Source of the DNA: Vicugna vicugna
Lineage: Eukaryota
Reading direction: 5' to 3'
Length of the DNA stretch: 64,000 nt
NCBI GenBank assembly: GCA_013265495.1
Contig: MU058584.1
Coordinates: 1,586,616-1,650,615, forward strand
Part shown: one piece after another, positions 49,873-63,185 of the stretch
How positions within the stretch are numbered: position 1 is the first letter of the stretch
Layout: each line of letters begins with the position of its first letter
The notes under the pieces: model-generated
What the model saw: the letters and a program-made list of their open reading frames with translations, nothing else
Database searches by the model: none
Told to the model about the DNA's origin: nothing
Position numbers and translations under genes: made by a program

Positions 49873-51559
49873 GTGCCGTGTAGTTAGTCAAAGCATCTGA
49901 GTTGTGGTAGAGAAGAGCCTAGGACTTGGCTACAGAAGACCAGGCTCTAGCCTCAGCCTGAATCAACTCCTCTATTCCTCATGTTTGACCCAAGTGAGTT
50001 CCAGAGGCTGTACACTGCTGGCATTCTACCTTTGTGATCACTAAATTGTTAACAGCCCCAGGCAGCGACTATGTCATAGCATGAAAGACTCACGGTGCCT
50101 CTGAAAATGATCTGTTTCAATCCGCTTCGTTTATAGATGAGAAAACCGAGGCCCAGAGAAGTTGAGTTTTATGTAACATTTTTGGTTCACAGCACTTAGC
50201 GTATCATAGGAGCCATCCATACATATGATGATGCTTCTTAAATTAAATTGAATTTGCAAAAGATGGGCTTTATGTTCAGGAAGATCAGATGGTTATTTGA
50301 AATCAGCCTGATATTTTTGGTTTGCCCATCCTCCTGGATTTTTGCTTCATATGCTCAGAGAGCCGGCCCCTATGCCTCGCCCATATGGCGGCATCTGATT
50401 GTGAGTCTGTGAGTCTGCTGTTGGGCTCAGCCAAGCATAGCTTGCGATGCCTGCAGCCACTCCTGCTGCAGTTCCCCAGCTCCCAAGTCTTCCTAGAGAC
50501 ACCCAGGTGCCGGGGCCATCCGCAGAGCCATCATCTCCCCTCCTTGCCTCGTCATGGTCCGTACACTAACACCAGCTCCTGACCACATTCCCCCAAATCC
50601 CGCTCTCTGCCAGACCCCACATCCTTGGGATGGGCTCCTGTAAAAAGTATTAGATTTGAAGTCAGACAGCATGTTGTCAATCCTGGTTCTGTCAGCAATA
50701 GTCTGGGTAGTTTGCACAAGTGATTGAAACTCAGGGTGATTCAAAGGGAAAAAAGAGATAAAAGACTTGAAAATGCCCTATACAATGACTGTTACATGTG
50801 TTTGTCTAGAATCCTTGTTCTTGTACTATTCTGTTCTTCTCCTGTTTTATTTGACAACTAAATACTTCTCTATGTGGTGGCGTGGAAATGGCCTTGGCCT
50901 TGTCAATTATTTAAACTGCATGTCTTTGGGCAAATGCTTGATCTTTCTGAACACTGGTGTCTTCATTTTTAACTGGGGTATTACCCTCATGCCCTGCCTA
51001 TTTCAGAGTTGCTGTGAAAATCGAAGGAGATATTTTAAGTAACAAGGCTTTGTAACTTAAAACTTCAAAAAGTTTCATAAGTGCCTGACACGATTACTTT
51101 TATTGCTCATTCACTCACCTTATCCTCTTTCTACATCCTGTAATCTCAGCTCCATTTTCTGCATCTTAACTAAGTTCCCTCCCTGATGCCCAAGACTCTT
51201 CTCCTGCCAACAAGGAACTTTCTGTCCCACACAAACATTTTCACAGAGATGAGAAGTCATCAATTAAAAAGTGTGGAAAAAAAATTCCATCAGTGTCTCC
51301 CAAACGCATTCACACAATCCATGTTTGAGAAATGAAGTTGCACTTCCCAAGTGTGACTTTATCGATTCCTATTACAAGCTCTTGTTTTGGAATCATTTCC
51401 CAAGCATGTCTTGATCTGAATCTCACTAAAACCTGAGGAGGTAGGGAGGGAATCTGTAAACACAGTGTGTAAACCAGGAAAACCAAGGCTTGTGGGAGAG
51501 GTGGGTCTGGGTCACTGAACAGGCAGACAGCTCTGAGAAGGCAGGATGGTCTGGTGTGG

Positions 51560-51800
51560 ACAGCGCTGGCTCTGACGGCCAACGGATTTGTGTTCAAAGT
51601 CCTCATTACTTACTCATTCACTATACGCCCTTGGGCGTAGAGCTTCCCTGGATTTTTTTGGTTTTGTTTCTGTTCCTAAACGTGGGAATAAAGAGTACCT
51701 ATTTCATGGATTTGTTCTAAGATAGAAATAAGGAAATGGATGTGAAATGCTTATCACAATGCCTTTGGCACACAGCAAATACTTAACAATAGCAATTATT
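51560..51800 (+). mobile_element. MIR SINE
   Basis: gtacctatttcatggatttgttctaag...atgtgaaatgcttatcacaatgcctttggcacacagcaaatacttaa. Confidence 0.65.
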
Positions 51801-53874
51801 TTTCCTAATAAGAACCCAAGTGCTCCATTTTCAAAGCTTTATTTTTTTCCATTCAATGAGGTTCTGATTTTTTTTTCACAATGCAGGCATTTTTACCTCA
51901 TGCATTGTTAGCTCTAAATCGTCTCCTGTACACTGAAACTGGACTTCTTTACAGTAGGCGAGGATTGACTGTTTTGAATGACTATACAATCTGCCAGCCA
52001 AGAGTTCAGCTTTCACTCTGTAGCTACCTTTGTCTGGAAAAGCATTGTGTGATGATTTGAACATTCCCTTTGTGCTTTTCTTTTATTATTTTATGAAAAT
52101 GAGTGGGAAACTGAAAAAAAAATGATTGTGTTCATACTGGTACCAAGAAACACAGGTCCCATAAATTTACCGTGGTTGAGACAAAGATGGCAGTCCCTCG
52201 ACACTCCCAGAATTGATGAACCCGTGTTGAGGCCTTCAGCTGATTAACTGGGCACAGACTTGCAAAGGAAAAGAATAAAAGAATGAACAGGACCCCAGAA
52301 ACACATCTTTTAGAATTCCACATAACAAGCAGAGATGATTTTAGGATTGTTTTTATGCTGTTTACTTTCCAGAGGCCAGAAAATCATGATAACCTTTAAG
52401 CCATTTGTTTGAATTTCTCATATTTGATTTCCACGTGAGAAGGGATAGAAACTCAGTATCTGAGAGGATGGGGACCTGCTTCCGGAGAAGCCTAAGGTGT
52501 AAAAATGACTGGCAGTAATATTACTCTTCCTTCAGAGTAGTTCTGTTCTAGTCTTCAGTTAAATGCACAGAGAATCCAAAACTGCAGGATAACTTTTTTT
52601 TTAAAGCAATACAAGCATTGCTGCCTGGCACCAGACAGTCTTAATAATGTGGCTCTGCTGTCCATGTGTTAACACTTCTAAGGATGGACGTGATCCTCGT
52701 CTCTGCCACACTCAAGGAAGCAGGATGCTGCTGGCTGGTGTCCTCCTTGGCAATAGATGGGATGGGAGGCTGCCTAAGAAGAGTTTATCGATACCTCTGT
52801 GCATGTCTGGATGACAAAACAAAGTAGATGCTCTTTAATAGCCTTTGCCTCATTCATTTTTGAATAAAGATGTTTAAGGTCGGTCACTAGGGAAGCTTGA
52901 AACCCAGGCCATGTTCCTTTAAACAAAATGACATTTCTTAGTAAAGAGGTTCCCAGTGTCCCCTGCAGAAATATATCTGATTTCAGAAAAGGATTGATTC
53001 AAATAAAAATGTGTTTGTATAAGAAAAATTATTTTCTGCTGAGAAAACACATAGTTTGGGGTAAATTTATAGTTCTGGCCAGGTCATTAATATCTGGTTG
53101 TCAAAAAGTATTGGTTTGAACAAAAATATGTTGTAATAAAAATGCATTGTTTTGAAGAAATTTATTGGTCCCATGAAAACCTATTCGATTCAGAAAGATA
53201 TGTTGATTTCAATGAAAAATCTATTTGTTTTAAGGGAGATAGTGCAGGGCTTTTGGCTTTTCTCTGGGAAATCCTCTCTGTGACATTGATATTCACTTAG
53301 AAAAATGAAACATGGACGTAATTAGTGGAAAGACTGTGAGAAGAGACCAGAAGCCCTCCTTAATCAATAATACTTAACACAGACATAACGAGCGTCCATC
53401 TTCTAAACACATTGACAAACATCTGCTGATGAGCCCTCCCAAACAGCCCAAAGAGGGGCGTGGCTGGCGGGGAGAGTAGAGGATGAAAGCTCATTGTAAG
53501 GAAAGTGTTAGGAAGGTGGAAGAAGAGTCTAAGTTGAACACCAGACACCGAGATCTTTAAAAAAAAAAACCACTGCTCTAGTAAAGCCCTTCATATAGTG
53601 ACCTCAGCCTGCTGTCTGGCCCTTCTCTCCCATCACTGTCTATGGCAGAAATGCACCTTGAAACACTGAAGAAACAAGCTACCCAGCCATTTTCTCTCTG
53701 AAAAAATATTCACTCTTGAAAGAGAGACACATGTGAATGGCATCGGGATTGTATTTGCTCAGTGAGGGCCAAGTGGTCCCTGTCTTTTACCTAAAACAAA
53801 AACCTGTCTTTGAAATATTGGTGAAACACTCTGAATCCAAAATCAATTCTGATATCTTCAGCTATTTGCTTAAA

Positions 53875-54092
53875 GCGGGAGTTGACAAACCTTTTCTGTT
53901 AAGGTCCAGATAATGAATATTTGAGGTCTGGGGAGACCATGAGCTCTCTCCATCACATTCTCCGTTCTACTGAGCCATTATAGTGTAAAACCAACCATAG
54001 GCAATAAGTAAATGAATGATCATGACTGTGTTCCAATAAAACCTTATTTACAGAAAGAGATAGTGGACCGGATATGACCTACACATCTTAGG
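53875..54092. mobile_element. MER58A (hAT-Charlie MITE)
   Basis: ttgacaaaccttttctgttaaggtccagataatgaatattt...catgactgtgttccaataaaaccttatttaca. Confidence 0.8.
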
Positions 54093-54489
54093 ATGCTTAA
54101 AGAATCAATTGCACTGCACAGCTCAGCCAAATAATTGTGCAGAAATCTGTCATGAAAAAAGCTAGTATGTGGGAAGCAGACAGGGATAACCTAAGAAAAA
54201 CAATACAAGTACAATCCCCAAGAGGTGCTCACTGATGCAGAGACCGTCTAAAGAGGACGATGTCTTGAAGGAAGTAGATCCTCCATGGCATTCACAGTAG
54301 CTTCAAGGAATCAAATGTAATTTAGGAGGCAAGTCTCTTTCCTTCATACTAAGTAAAAGTTTCTTGTTTAACATCCTGTTCCCTCGGTATTTATCAAAAA
54401 TAAACAGTAAGAATACAGGTTTAGATGTGACCTTTCTTTCTGCAAAATTCTAGAGATAAATACAAATGAAAGATGTGTTTTATTATTCT

Positions 54490-55250
54490 AATAGAGGGCA
54501 ACTTCTGGGTGTGGCTGCTGGTATGTTATAGGAGCAGTGGAGTCATGGTCAGATGGCCACTGATACATCTCCTTTGCTTTAAAATAGTTGCCTTGATCCA
54601 ATGTGAAGTTGTTCAGGATCCCATGATTGTAGATTAAACATTCTAGAAGTTCTCTGATAGTCATGCTGGCTGAAGCCCTGCAGGCAGACTGGGCAAACCC
54701 ATACCCAGAATGTGTGTTGATGTCAGTCAAGATAAATCACATTAATCACCTCTCTTGTGCAAGGAGTAAATGTGGTTAACTTGCTGCCACGTGGCTAGTT
54801 GTCCCCTTGAGAGATGATGCTGTATGAAGGGCTAAGCATAATTTCTGTTGTGGTGAACTTGAACAATCACCAGTGTCAGTACCCACTTCAGTCTTGGTAA
54901 ACGGGAGCCCATGCTCTGGACCATGGGTCACCTCCATTCCTGCCTCCATGGCTACTCCATCATGGATCTGTTGTGCTGCCATTGGAATGACCAATGATAT
55001 GGGCTGGCTGAGGTCAACTGTCTGAGTCATTCTGTCTACTTCTTATTTAGTGTCCCTTCTGTTTTGAATGCTCCTTAGTGGCTGTTCACATATGATTCAA
55101 AGATCTTCCCACTTCTTTCCCATTCCTATAGGCTTGTAATAAATCTCCCATGGCATCTTTTCTCAATACAGAATCCTCTCATATCATAGGCTCTGCCAGG
55201 TCATGTGACCCAAGCACCTGGGCTTCTTGAATCACAGGCTGGACCTGCTG
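54490..55250 (-). mobile_element. ERVL-class internal sequence, decayed integrase region
   Basis: ORF 54488..54730 (HSGYGFA...ASASMTIRELLECLIYNHGI...DQGNYFKAKE...HPE) and ORF 54776..55030 (HGLPFTKTEVGTDTGDC) match ERVL integrase motifs DTYSGYGFA, SDQGTHFTAKE, HHPEAAG and HGLPLTKADLATATAEC. Confidence 0.9.
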
Positions 55251-55353
55251 CAAATCATTTCTTACAATTTTTTTTTAAATTTACTCTTTTGGTCTGGGGT
55301 GGAGGTAGTTTCACAAGCTTTTAGCTCGTCTTCTCCACAATGACAGTTATATA

Positions 55354-55729
55354 CAATGGAATATTACTCAGCCATAAAAAAGAATGAAATTTTGTCATCT
55401 GCAACAACATGGATGGACTTGGAGGGCATTATGCTAAGTGAGATAAGTCAGACAGAGAAAGATAAATATGGTATAATCACTTACATGTGGAATCTAAAAA
55501 ATACAACCACCTAGTGAATATAACAAAAAAGAAGCAGACTCAGATATAGAGAGCAAACTTGTGTAGGGGGCAGGCAATGTAGGGGTGGGGAAGTGGGAGG
55601 TACAAACTATTGGGTGTAAGATAGGCTACAAGAAAGTATTATACAGCACAGGAATAGAGCCAATATTTTGTAATAAATGTAAATGGAGTGTAACCTTTAA
55701 AAATTGTATAAAAATTAAAAATTAAAAAA
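55354..55729 (+). mobile_element. L1 3' end (end of ORF2 plus 3' UTR), 5'-truncated
   Basis: caatggaatattactcagccataaaaaagaatgaaatttt...atggatggacttggagggcattatgctaagtga with an A-rich tail. Possible TSD ttatata at 55347-55353 and 55730-55736. Confidence 0.9.
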
Positions 55730-55736
55730 TTATATA

Positions 55737-55965
55737 GAACTAATCCATACATACACAAAGGAAACAAGTGAAATGGGGAATCAGAATAAGATCAGTAGAC
55801 TGTATCATTATCAGTGTCCTATTTATAGTGTTATGCTATATGTTTATAAAATGTTACCACTGGAAAACTTTGTTTTTAAATCCCATAGCAAAGGAACCAA
55901 TATGAGAGTTCTGATAAGTACCAGGTATGTTTATGTTTATTATACATTCAAAAAATAAATAAAAT
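55737..55965 (+). mobile_element. Older L1M 3' end fragment
   Basis: gaataagatcagtagactgtatca...aaaatgttaccactggaaaa, ending aaaaataaataaaa. Confidence 0.55.
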
Positions 55966-55979
55966 TATGGCAAAGATTA

Positions 55980-56680
55980 ACAGTGGATCTGTGGATCCAC
56001 TGTAATTCAGGTTGGGCTGGGATTATATTTATTGTTGAGCCCCCTTATGCCCTGGCCTAAAGGTAAAAGAGTATAGCCATGCTTCAGATTCCTAGGTATT
56101 AATGTGATCCTGGACCCCATGCCCAATAATCCTCAAAATGTTTGAATATTCCCCAGTGTGTAACCTCCTAAGTAAATGGCCATGGGGCCCTTGTTTTGAT
56201 AGTACTCTGGGAAGGCCTGGGAGCATCATTATCTTATACCATGATGTTGCCATGATGTTCCAAGGTCCTTCTTCCTTGGGACCTTGCCTATCCACCAATC
56301 AGTGGATTTCTACTTTGAGTGTTATCTCAGATCTGGAAGTTCAGCAAGGGGTTGTGAAATTTTATTGGTACAGCTGATCTCAGACCCCTAATTACCCATG
56401 TTTTATATCATCTGTTTTCATAGATTTAACAATACTCTTATTGGCCCCAAACTACAATTCTAATCTTGCCACTCTTTGTGATCATTCCACCTGCATTGAG
56501 AATCACCGCCTGGCCTCTATTTGTTGGACATTTTGCAATTCCTTTGATATCAGGGGTTCTGTTCTGAAATGGCAGGGTCTACCATCAGCCTTGGCCTGTG
56601 GAGGGCGCCTTATTCATGGTGCTGGTACGTCCCTCGCCAGCACATTCCTTACTGTTTTGATAAACAGTGGATTCTTCAAC
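55980..56680 (-). mobile_element. ERVL-class internal sequence, decayed gag/protease region
   Basis: KNPLFIKTVRNVLARDVPAP in ORF 56614..56823 resembles ERVL Gag (DTPFT.AVRNALVRGAPAS). A degenerate protease-like segment lies near 56100-56140. Same strand as the integrase block. Confidence 0.65.
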
Positions 56681-57584
56681 ATGTAGATGAGCTGAGTCTT
56701 GAAGAATAGGTAGAAATGAGGCACATAAAGATCACTGGGTATAGAACATTCTAGGCACAGGGGAGAGAAGGAGAAACAAAGTCTGAAGAATTGGGGGATT
56801 TCATAGGTCCCAGTGGAGAACACTACAAATGAAGACGACTGGTGAGGTCAAGGTAGATTTTGTGGGAGAAGGTTAGACCTGCACATTAGGCTTATGGGTA
56901 AGGACTTGCTCTGTCGGTAGTAGATGAAAAAGAGAAAAAGCCAAAATGTCTCTACAAAGAGCAAAGGACAGAAACCACTCCCCATTGCCTATGGTAGATA
57001 TGATGTGAGAACCAGAGCAAGAAAATGGGAGCTAGGGATCAGGGGAGGTGAAGGTGGCAGTGGCCCAAGCACTCCTGACACGTGTAAGGTAGAAGTTTAA
57101 TGTTCCTTGGGCACACAGAGCTGCCAGCTTTGTGACACGCAAATGAGCCGGTTCCACTCCAGCAGGTAACCATATTATCTGCTGGCCCTGGGTTGTGGGA
57201 GTCCACCAGCAGCAGCTCAGGCCAGGCTCTGATAATTCTCTCCAGGAACCAGGCCTTTTTGTTTCTGTCGCTAAAGATTTTCACAAAGACTTTTGGCACA
57301 CGTGTTCTTGAGAGATGCAGGCATTTTGCTTCGTGAATCCCTGGTTGGGTTGTGAAGAAGGTTGGAGCTGAACTTCACAGAATTTGTCTTCTGTTTCTTC
57401 TTTTTCTCTATCCTATTACATACTTGATATGAATTTCCCATATGGGAACCAAAGACACATCAAAAAGTCAGCTTTTGAGAATAGGAATATATTCTAAAAT
57501 TACACAGGCAAAGTGCATCTGTGAGGGGAGGAAGAGTCGGTAAGAAAGTACAACTCTTATCTAATATATGGGCATGCAGTTGGC

Positions 57585-57830
57585 CTCAGATTAGAATCTC
57601 AGTGTTGCAAGGTATCTTAAGCATTTTAAAGTCCAACAGCTGCTCATCCAGTTCTTAAATCTGTCCTGTGACAGGCTCACCATGTGGAATCTCTTACACT
57701 TACATGTACCTGCAGCATGGGAGAGTCACTAGACTCAAAAAGGACCCATCCTATTTTTATAAAGTTCTATGTTTTAGAATGTTTTTTCTTGTCCTGAGCT
57801 TGCACTCATTACCCACCATTTAGGGCCAGT
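57585..57830 (-). mobile_element. L3/CR1 3' end
   Basis: tagaatctcagtgttgcaaggtatcttaagcattttaaagtccaac...atgggagagtcactagactc is a reversed L3 terminus. Confidence 0.55.
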
Positions 57831-59204
57831 GAACATATTCACAGCCTCGTCTGGGCTGTTCATTCAGCCCCTCAGAAGTCCAGGGTCTTCATTCTACTTT
57901 GGGCTTCCCAATCAGTCTGAGCCCCACATCTAAATTAAGATTGGATTCTGTTTCTTTCAAGAATTTATTTTGATTTCCCAGTGTCTTACCTTTTGTCCAG
58001 ATCCCTAAAGCTTCATGGCCCCAGGAGTTACTGAGCTTCTGCGTTGGAAGTGAGAAATAATTGGACACACATACGTGTACATTGCAAGAGGGAACTGGGG
58101 TTTTCAGAGCCTGGAGAGCATTAGAGAAAAAGGAGAATTTGCCAAGGGGAAAGTCAGAGCCTATAGGACCAAGGCTAGAGGGACTGAGATGTTGAAAAGG
58201 AAACAATACTTGTAGGAGAAAGTAACTAAGATGCAAAATGTCTGAATGTTCTCAGCAGTCTGGCTCTAAAAACATAGGAAGGAGATGGGAACCAGGTGCC
58301 CAATGCAAGGACAGAGTTTGTTTTCTAGGAATAAGAGACGAGCCGTATGTATATACGCATTTTTTATGATATTATTATGTTCATTTTCCAGCATCTGACT
58401 GGGCAACTCATATCTGAGAGCCTTCAAAAATATTCATAGAAGAAATGAATGAATGAATAAATGAGTGAATAAATGAATAAAATTCTAATTCGAAGGACAA
58501 ATTAGCAGACCTCACATCTCCTACTGGAGAAAGCAATCTGCTTTCAAGCCTGGTTGGTTTTAAATTCCCTCTGGTACATTTGCTTTTCAGAAGCAGAGCA
58601 GTTGAATCTGTGGCCTAGGATCCCTAATGGTTGCAATTCATAAGACCCTGGCTGACACTCTTGCCTGTGAAACTGCTGGGCGTTTTCAGGAAGAGAAAGG
58701 ACAATTTTGACAATAATTCACAGGTCAAGCAGCTTTTTCTACTATATTTTCTTCAACTATTTTTTTTCACCATAAAACCTCCTCTGACTAATGAGGCATA
58801 AATCTCCATGAGTTCATTCTGAGATGAGAAGAAGGAAGACTGTGCAAGTATCTTCTGATTCAGAGTTCCAGACAATCCCCCTTGGAAAGAAACAAAGTGA
58901 ATGGATCTACTTTGGGTGTCTTATCCCACTGGAGGGTCTTACCCCGCTCTGTGCAATAGGTTTGGAAATAGAATAATAGCCAAGTAGGAACCCTACCTCT
59001 GACACCATTAATTTTTCAGTCCTCAGGCAAGTTATATAACCTTTATATTTCTAGCCTCATCATCTGCAAGATGGGAACAATGAGACATGTCTTAAAGGGT
59101 TATTGGAAGGCTCGTAACAGAATATATGTAAATGTGCCTAGAGAACAATGGACCGTATTTTTTAGGTAATTTGTTCTCATCTCGGTAGAGATGAGTTTCA
59201 GAAC

Positions 59205-59730
59205 AGAGGGTTTCTACCAGAATCGAATCAGAAAAGCAGAAGCCATGCTCTACATTTCAAATAGAAGGTATTGAATATAGGAAGTTGGTTATACAAGTGA
59301 ATTGAGAAGCCAATAAGATAGTGGTGCAAACCAGAGGTTAGCAAACAGGAAATCATTGCCACCTCTAGGAATAGAGGCTCATATCCATGTTACCAGAGCC
59401 CAGGCTCCAGGGTCATGAGGTCATGCTAAAACTGTGGTATGTTCTTCTGGCAGAAAGTAAGATCATAGATACAGTGTTTCTCTGGTGGAGGAATAAGGGA
59501 GACACGACCAGAGCCAGAGATAGAATGTGACACAAAAAGAGAAGAGACAAGATGCCCTGCGTGTTCCCTTTCACCCGCCCCCCAATCCTGCACCTGCCTT
59601 GCCCACTGACCAACCCACCTTGAAATCAGAGAGCAAGAGAGACTAGAGGTTGTAATTTTCTGAGACTCAGAAAGGAACAGGAAAAGGAGAAAGAATGGAT
59701 CTGAGTGAAAAAAAAAATCAGTTCAGTGTC
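59205..59730 (-). mobile_element. ERVL LTR (LTR33/LTR41-like)
   Basis: tcagaaaagcagaagccatgctctacatttcaaatagaaggtattgaatataggaagttggttataca...gaatggatctgag. Confidence 0.55.
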
Positions 59731-60493
59731 CAAATATCTCATGACGTTCTCCCAGCAGATGAAGGTCTTTCTCGTTCCCTAGCTCCCTTTCAGCATGAAG
59801 CAACCGACCCCTCTGCCCGGCATAATTCTATTCCCTGAACAAGGCAGAGCTGTTGGTAGTTTCATAAAATGACAAAAGTCTCATATGAACCTGCTCAAAT
59901 ATTCTAGAAGAAGTCAAACAGTAGGTAGAACATCTCATGCAGACAGTCTGAAGCCTCTGGGGTAACAGACTTTATAGAACTCCTGTACACATTTAACAGG
60001 GATGATCTGGTGGTTACATTGTCACTTTGATGCCAACTTTTAGACTTCTTTGAACTAAAATAAATTTCATTTATTTTTTACTGTCTCAATTTATGCAATA
60101 GGTGTGTGACCTACAGAGTTGACTTAAAATCTAACTGTGATAAACCAAATAATATTCAGTGCATTAAAAGTATGTGTAAATTTAAGGAATTTCACAGAAA
60201 ATTATCTTGTCAGCCTAAGAATCTTCTTGCAATGAAAATAATGGTTTCCTAGTAAATCTGTTTTATAAGTTCTGATTTTTCATATACTGACTTTCCTTAC
60301 AGCAGATGACAATTCTATACCAGCTCTCTGACACTAGCTCTTCTGTAAGACGGATGTGTTAAATGCCACAAAAAAGGTACCGACAAAATATTGCGAGAAC
60401 ACAAACAAGAGGAGGGAAGGAGGGATTAGTTCTCATTAGATTCATGAAGAGGAGGTAGCACTTGACTCACACTTCAACAACTGGTAGATTTTT

Positions 60494-60653
60494 TTCGTAC
60501 ATATATATTTATTGAAGTATAGACAGTTTACAATGTTGTGTAACTTCTGGTGTACAGTGTAATGTTTCAGTCATACATGAACATACATATATTCATTTTC
60601 ATATTCTTATTCACCATAAGTTACTATAAGATATTGCATATAGTTCCCTGTGC
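60494..60653 (-). mobile_element. Lineage-specific L1 3' end inserted in an older L2 remnant
   Basis: tttattgaagtatagacagtttacaatgttgtg...tagttccctgtgc with TSD tagattttt at 60485-60493 and 60654-60662. Confidence 0.85.
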
Positions 60654-62744
60654 TAGATTTTTAATAAACAGAATGAGCAAAATGCATATCAATGGGAAAG
60701 TATAAAATGTGCTGAATAAATGATGGAGCAGTATTTGGCTAGAAATTACTAGCATTTAGGTAAAATGTGACTTACGTGTTGGGTGTGGCCAGATTACGAA
60801 AGATCTTGGATAACAAGCTGTGATATTTGCACTTTAGTTAATAGACAGTAGGAAGTCTTAAAAGGTGTTTTTTTAATGGCATAATAATACAAGTAGAATG
60901 CAATAAATTGAAGCTTCTCTTTAATGCACGATATTTTTTAGATAGTGAAAATTAGTTTTGATCTACAGAATAATTTCATGAGCCCTTAATATTTGTGGTC
61001 ACAGTTTAAAATATATTTATAAAGGTAACATGGTTTTTGATGTCCAAGTTAATTATGCTATTTCAATTTTGTTTTATAATAGTGATTATATTTGCTATGT
61101 ATTCTACCTGTTTCTTCTTCTAGAAGTGGGAGCATTTTAAATTAAATCTGAAATTATCCCAAATACATCACCCACCAATATCCCAATTAAGATATAGAAT
61201 CAATGACCTCCAATAAAACTGTGAACTGAAGTCAACAGTAACTTCTCCAAATCTTATTCAGACTTTTCGATTTCTCCAGAAAGTTAAAAGGCACATATAT
61301 TTACACACATAGTCTCATACATAATTGAACCAGAAGTTTAAAATAGTTAAAACCAGAATTTAAATTTATATCATCCCCAAACTATTATATTTTCACCCGA
61401 TATAAAACAAAAAATCCTTTATATCTAGGGCTTGGTTTAGAATACCTAATAAAAAGTCAGTAAATTAAATAAGAACCAAAGACCGAAACTGTTTTGTAGA
61501 ACACAAAGTACATGACATATGAAATGGAACAGCTCTGTTGTTAATATTTTATAGAATTTTAGAGAAGAGATGAGTCTTTCGAATCACTGATACCAATGTC
61601 TCATCTTACCAACTGAGGATGAGAGAAGAGACATGGCTGATCTAGGCTCACACAACTAATTAACGGTAGATCCAGACCTATCCACCCTTATCACACTTAG
61701 TTTAATTTTTTTTTCCTAATTATGTCACCAAAGAATTTATTAACATCGTGGCACTGGCTCGCTCAGTTTTGATCTGAGAAGCTGTTATAGGATGGAGTGA
61801 ATAGACAAAGGGAAAGGCATGGATTTCAGCTGCCTTTACAAGATGAAAACTATTGGTCACTTAAAGATCAAACCCAGAAACTAAATCTCCTTGACTTTTC
61901 TTGGAATTTATAGTGTGAGTAATTGTACTTGGTTGACTCATGAGTTAAACCCCACACCGTCTGAAGAGAGCGTGTTCAAACAAAGCGAACAGCTCAGAGT
62001 AAATGCTAAGACCAGTGAAGACGTCACAGTCTAGTTCTCGGCCCAAATCCAGTGGCAGCAGATACATAATGCATGACCGACAAGGTTTCTTTTTGCTCTT
62101 CTGTCTTGGCCATTGCGCAAGCGCAAACCCCAATGGAACCAAGTAATCAAATACAGATTTGGAGTCATTACATCTTCAAGGGGAAAGTTGTTTTTCTTTT
62201 TTTTTTTTTTTAATTTGGTTTGAGCAGTGCTCACAAGCTGGAGGAGCAACATAAGAAAAATCAATTAGAAATGGGAAGTTGGCTGGGATAGTAAGAAGAA
62301 TTATTGTAAACTTTCATCATGACCTTAAGTTCTACTCCTGCTATTCTGTAAATGGAAGAGTTTAGAAAGAGGATTTTCCTGTCCATGCTACTTCCTGGGG
62401 TCTCTCTGAAAAGCAAAACTGGAAAAAGGCATCCTGAACTTGGCTTTGTCACCGCTTCCTCGTTATGGGACTGTAGGAAAACCTCCTAACACCTCTGCAC
62501 TTTCCTTCCTTTACCTGCAAAATATAAATGATATAAAACTTTCAGTGTTTTCATGGAAGCTGAATAGGATTTTACAGAAAACTGCTTTGTAACTTACAAG
62601 GAACTGCACAAATGTAAATTTTTATTACTATTAAACTGGGGATGAGCTTTAAACCCTACCCCCTCAACCCTGGAAAGACATTACATGGTAACATTCTTTG
62701 CATTGTTCACTTTCTGAAGAAGGAGTCCACAGCCATGCATCTGA

Positions 62745-63185
62745 AGATTGGGTTCACAAGAAAGTGAGGGAAACCAACTCAAACTGGCTTAAGCAAAGAA
62801 ATTCCCCCCCAAAAAAGGTGGAGTAGGAAGGGGATAAAGACAATTTATAGACTCACATAACTGGGAAGTTAAGGGGTGAAGTTGGCTGGATTTATTGTTT
62901 TAATAGCATCAGCTCATAATATCTCTGTCTCTCTCCCTCTGCCCACCCCGTTCACTTCCTTTTTGTCTCGTTATGTGACTGTCTCATTGTTTCTTGCTAG
63001 AGTCATGTCTTCTGTCTTCACCACACATGGGGAAGCTTGAAGCAGCACTAGGTCGACAGTCTGCAAAAGGATAAAGGAGCAGTTCTTTACTTGCAATTTA
63101 CAAAATCATTTGGAAAGACTATGGTCTGCATGTGACCCATGTCCTCCCCTTGGACCAATTAGTGGCTCCAGGGAAACGCCATTTA
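62745..63185 (-). mobile_element. MaLR LTR, old MLT1 (J/K-like)
   Basis: aaaccaactcaaactggcttaagcaaa...gactcacataactgggaag...ccccttggaccaattagtggc. Confidence 0.65.

Noticed and set aside
54488..55030. Domesticated or intact integrase gene
   Set aside because: It is split across frames, the HHCC and catalytic motifs are degenerate, and it is truncated. It is a neutral-looking ERVL fossil.
56680..59730. LTR at 59205-59730 as the 5' LTR of the ERVL internal block
   Set aside because: The intervening DNA contains L2, L3 and MIR remnants that are probably older than the provirus, so linkage is unlikely.
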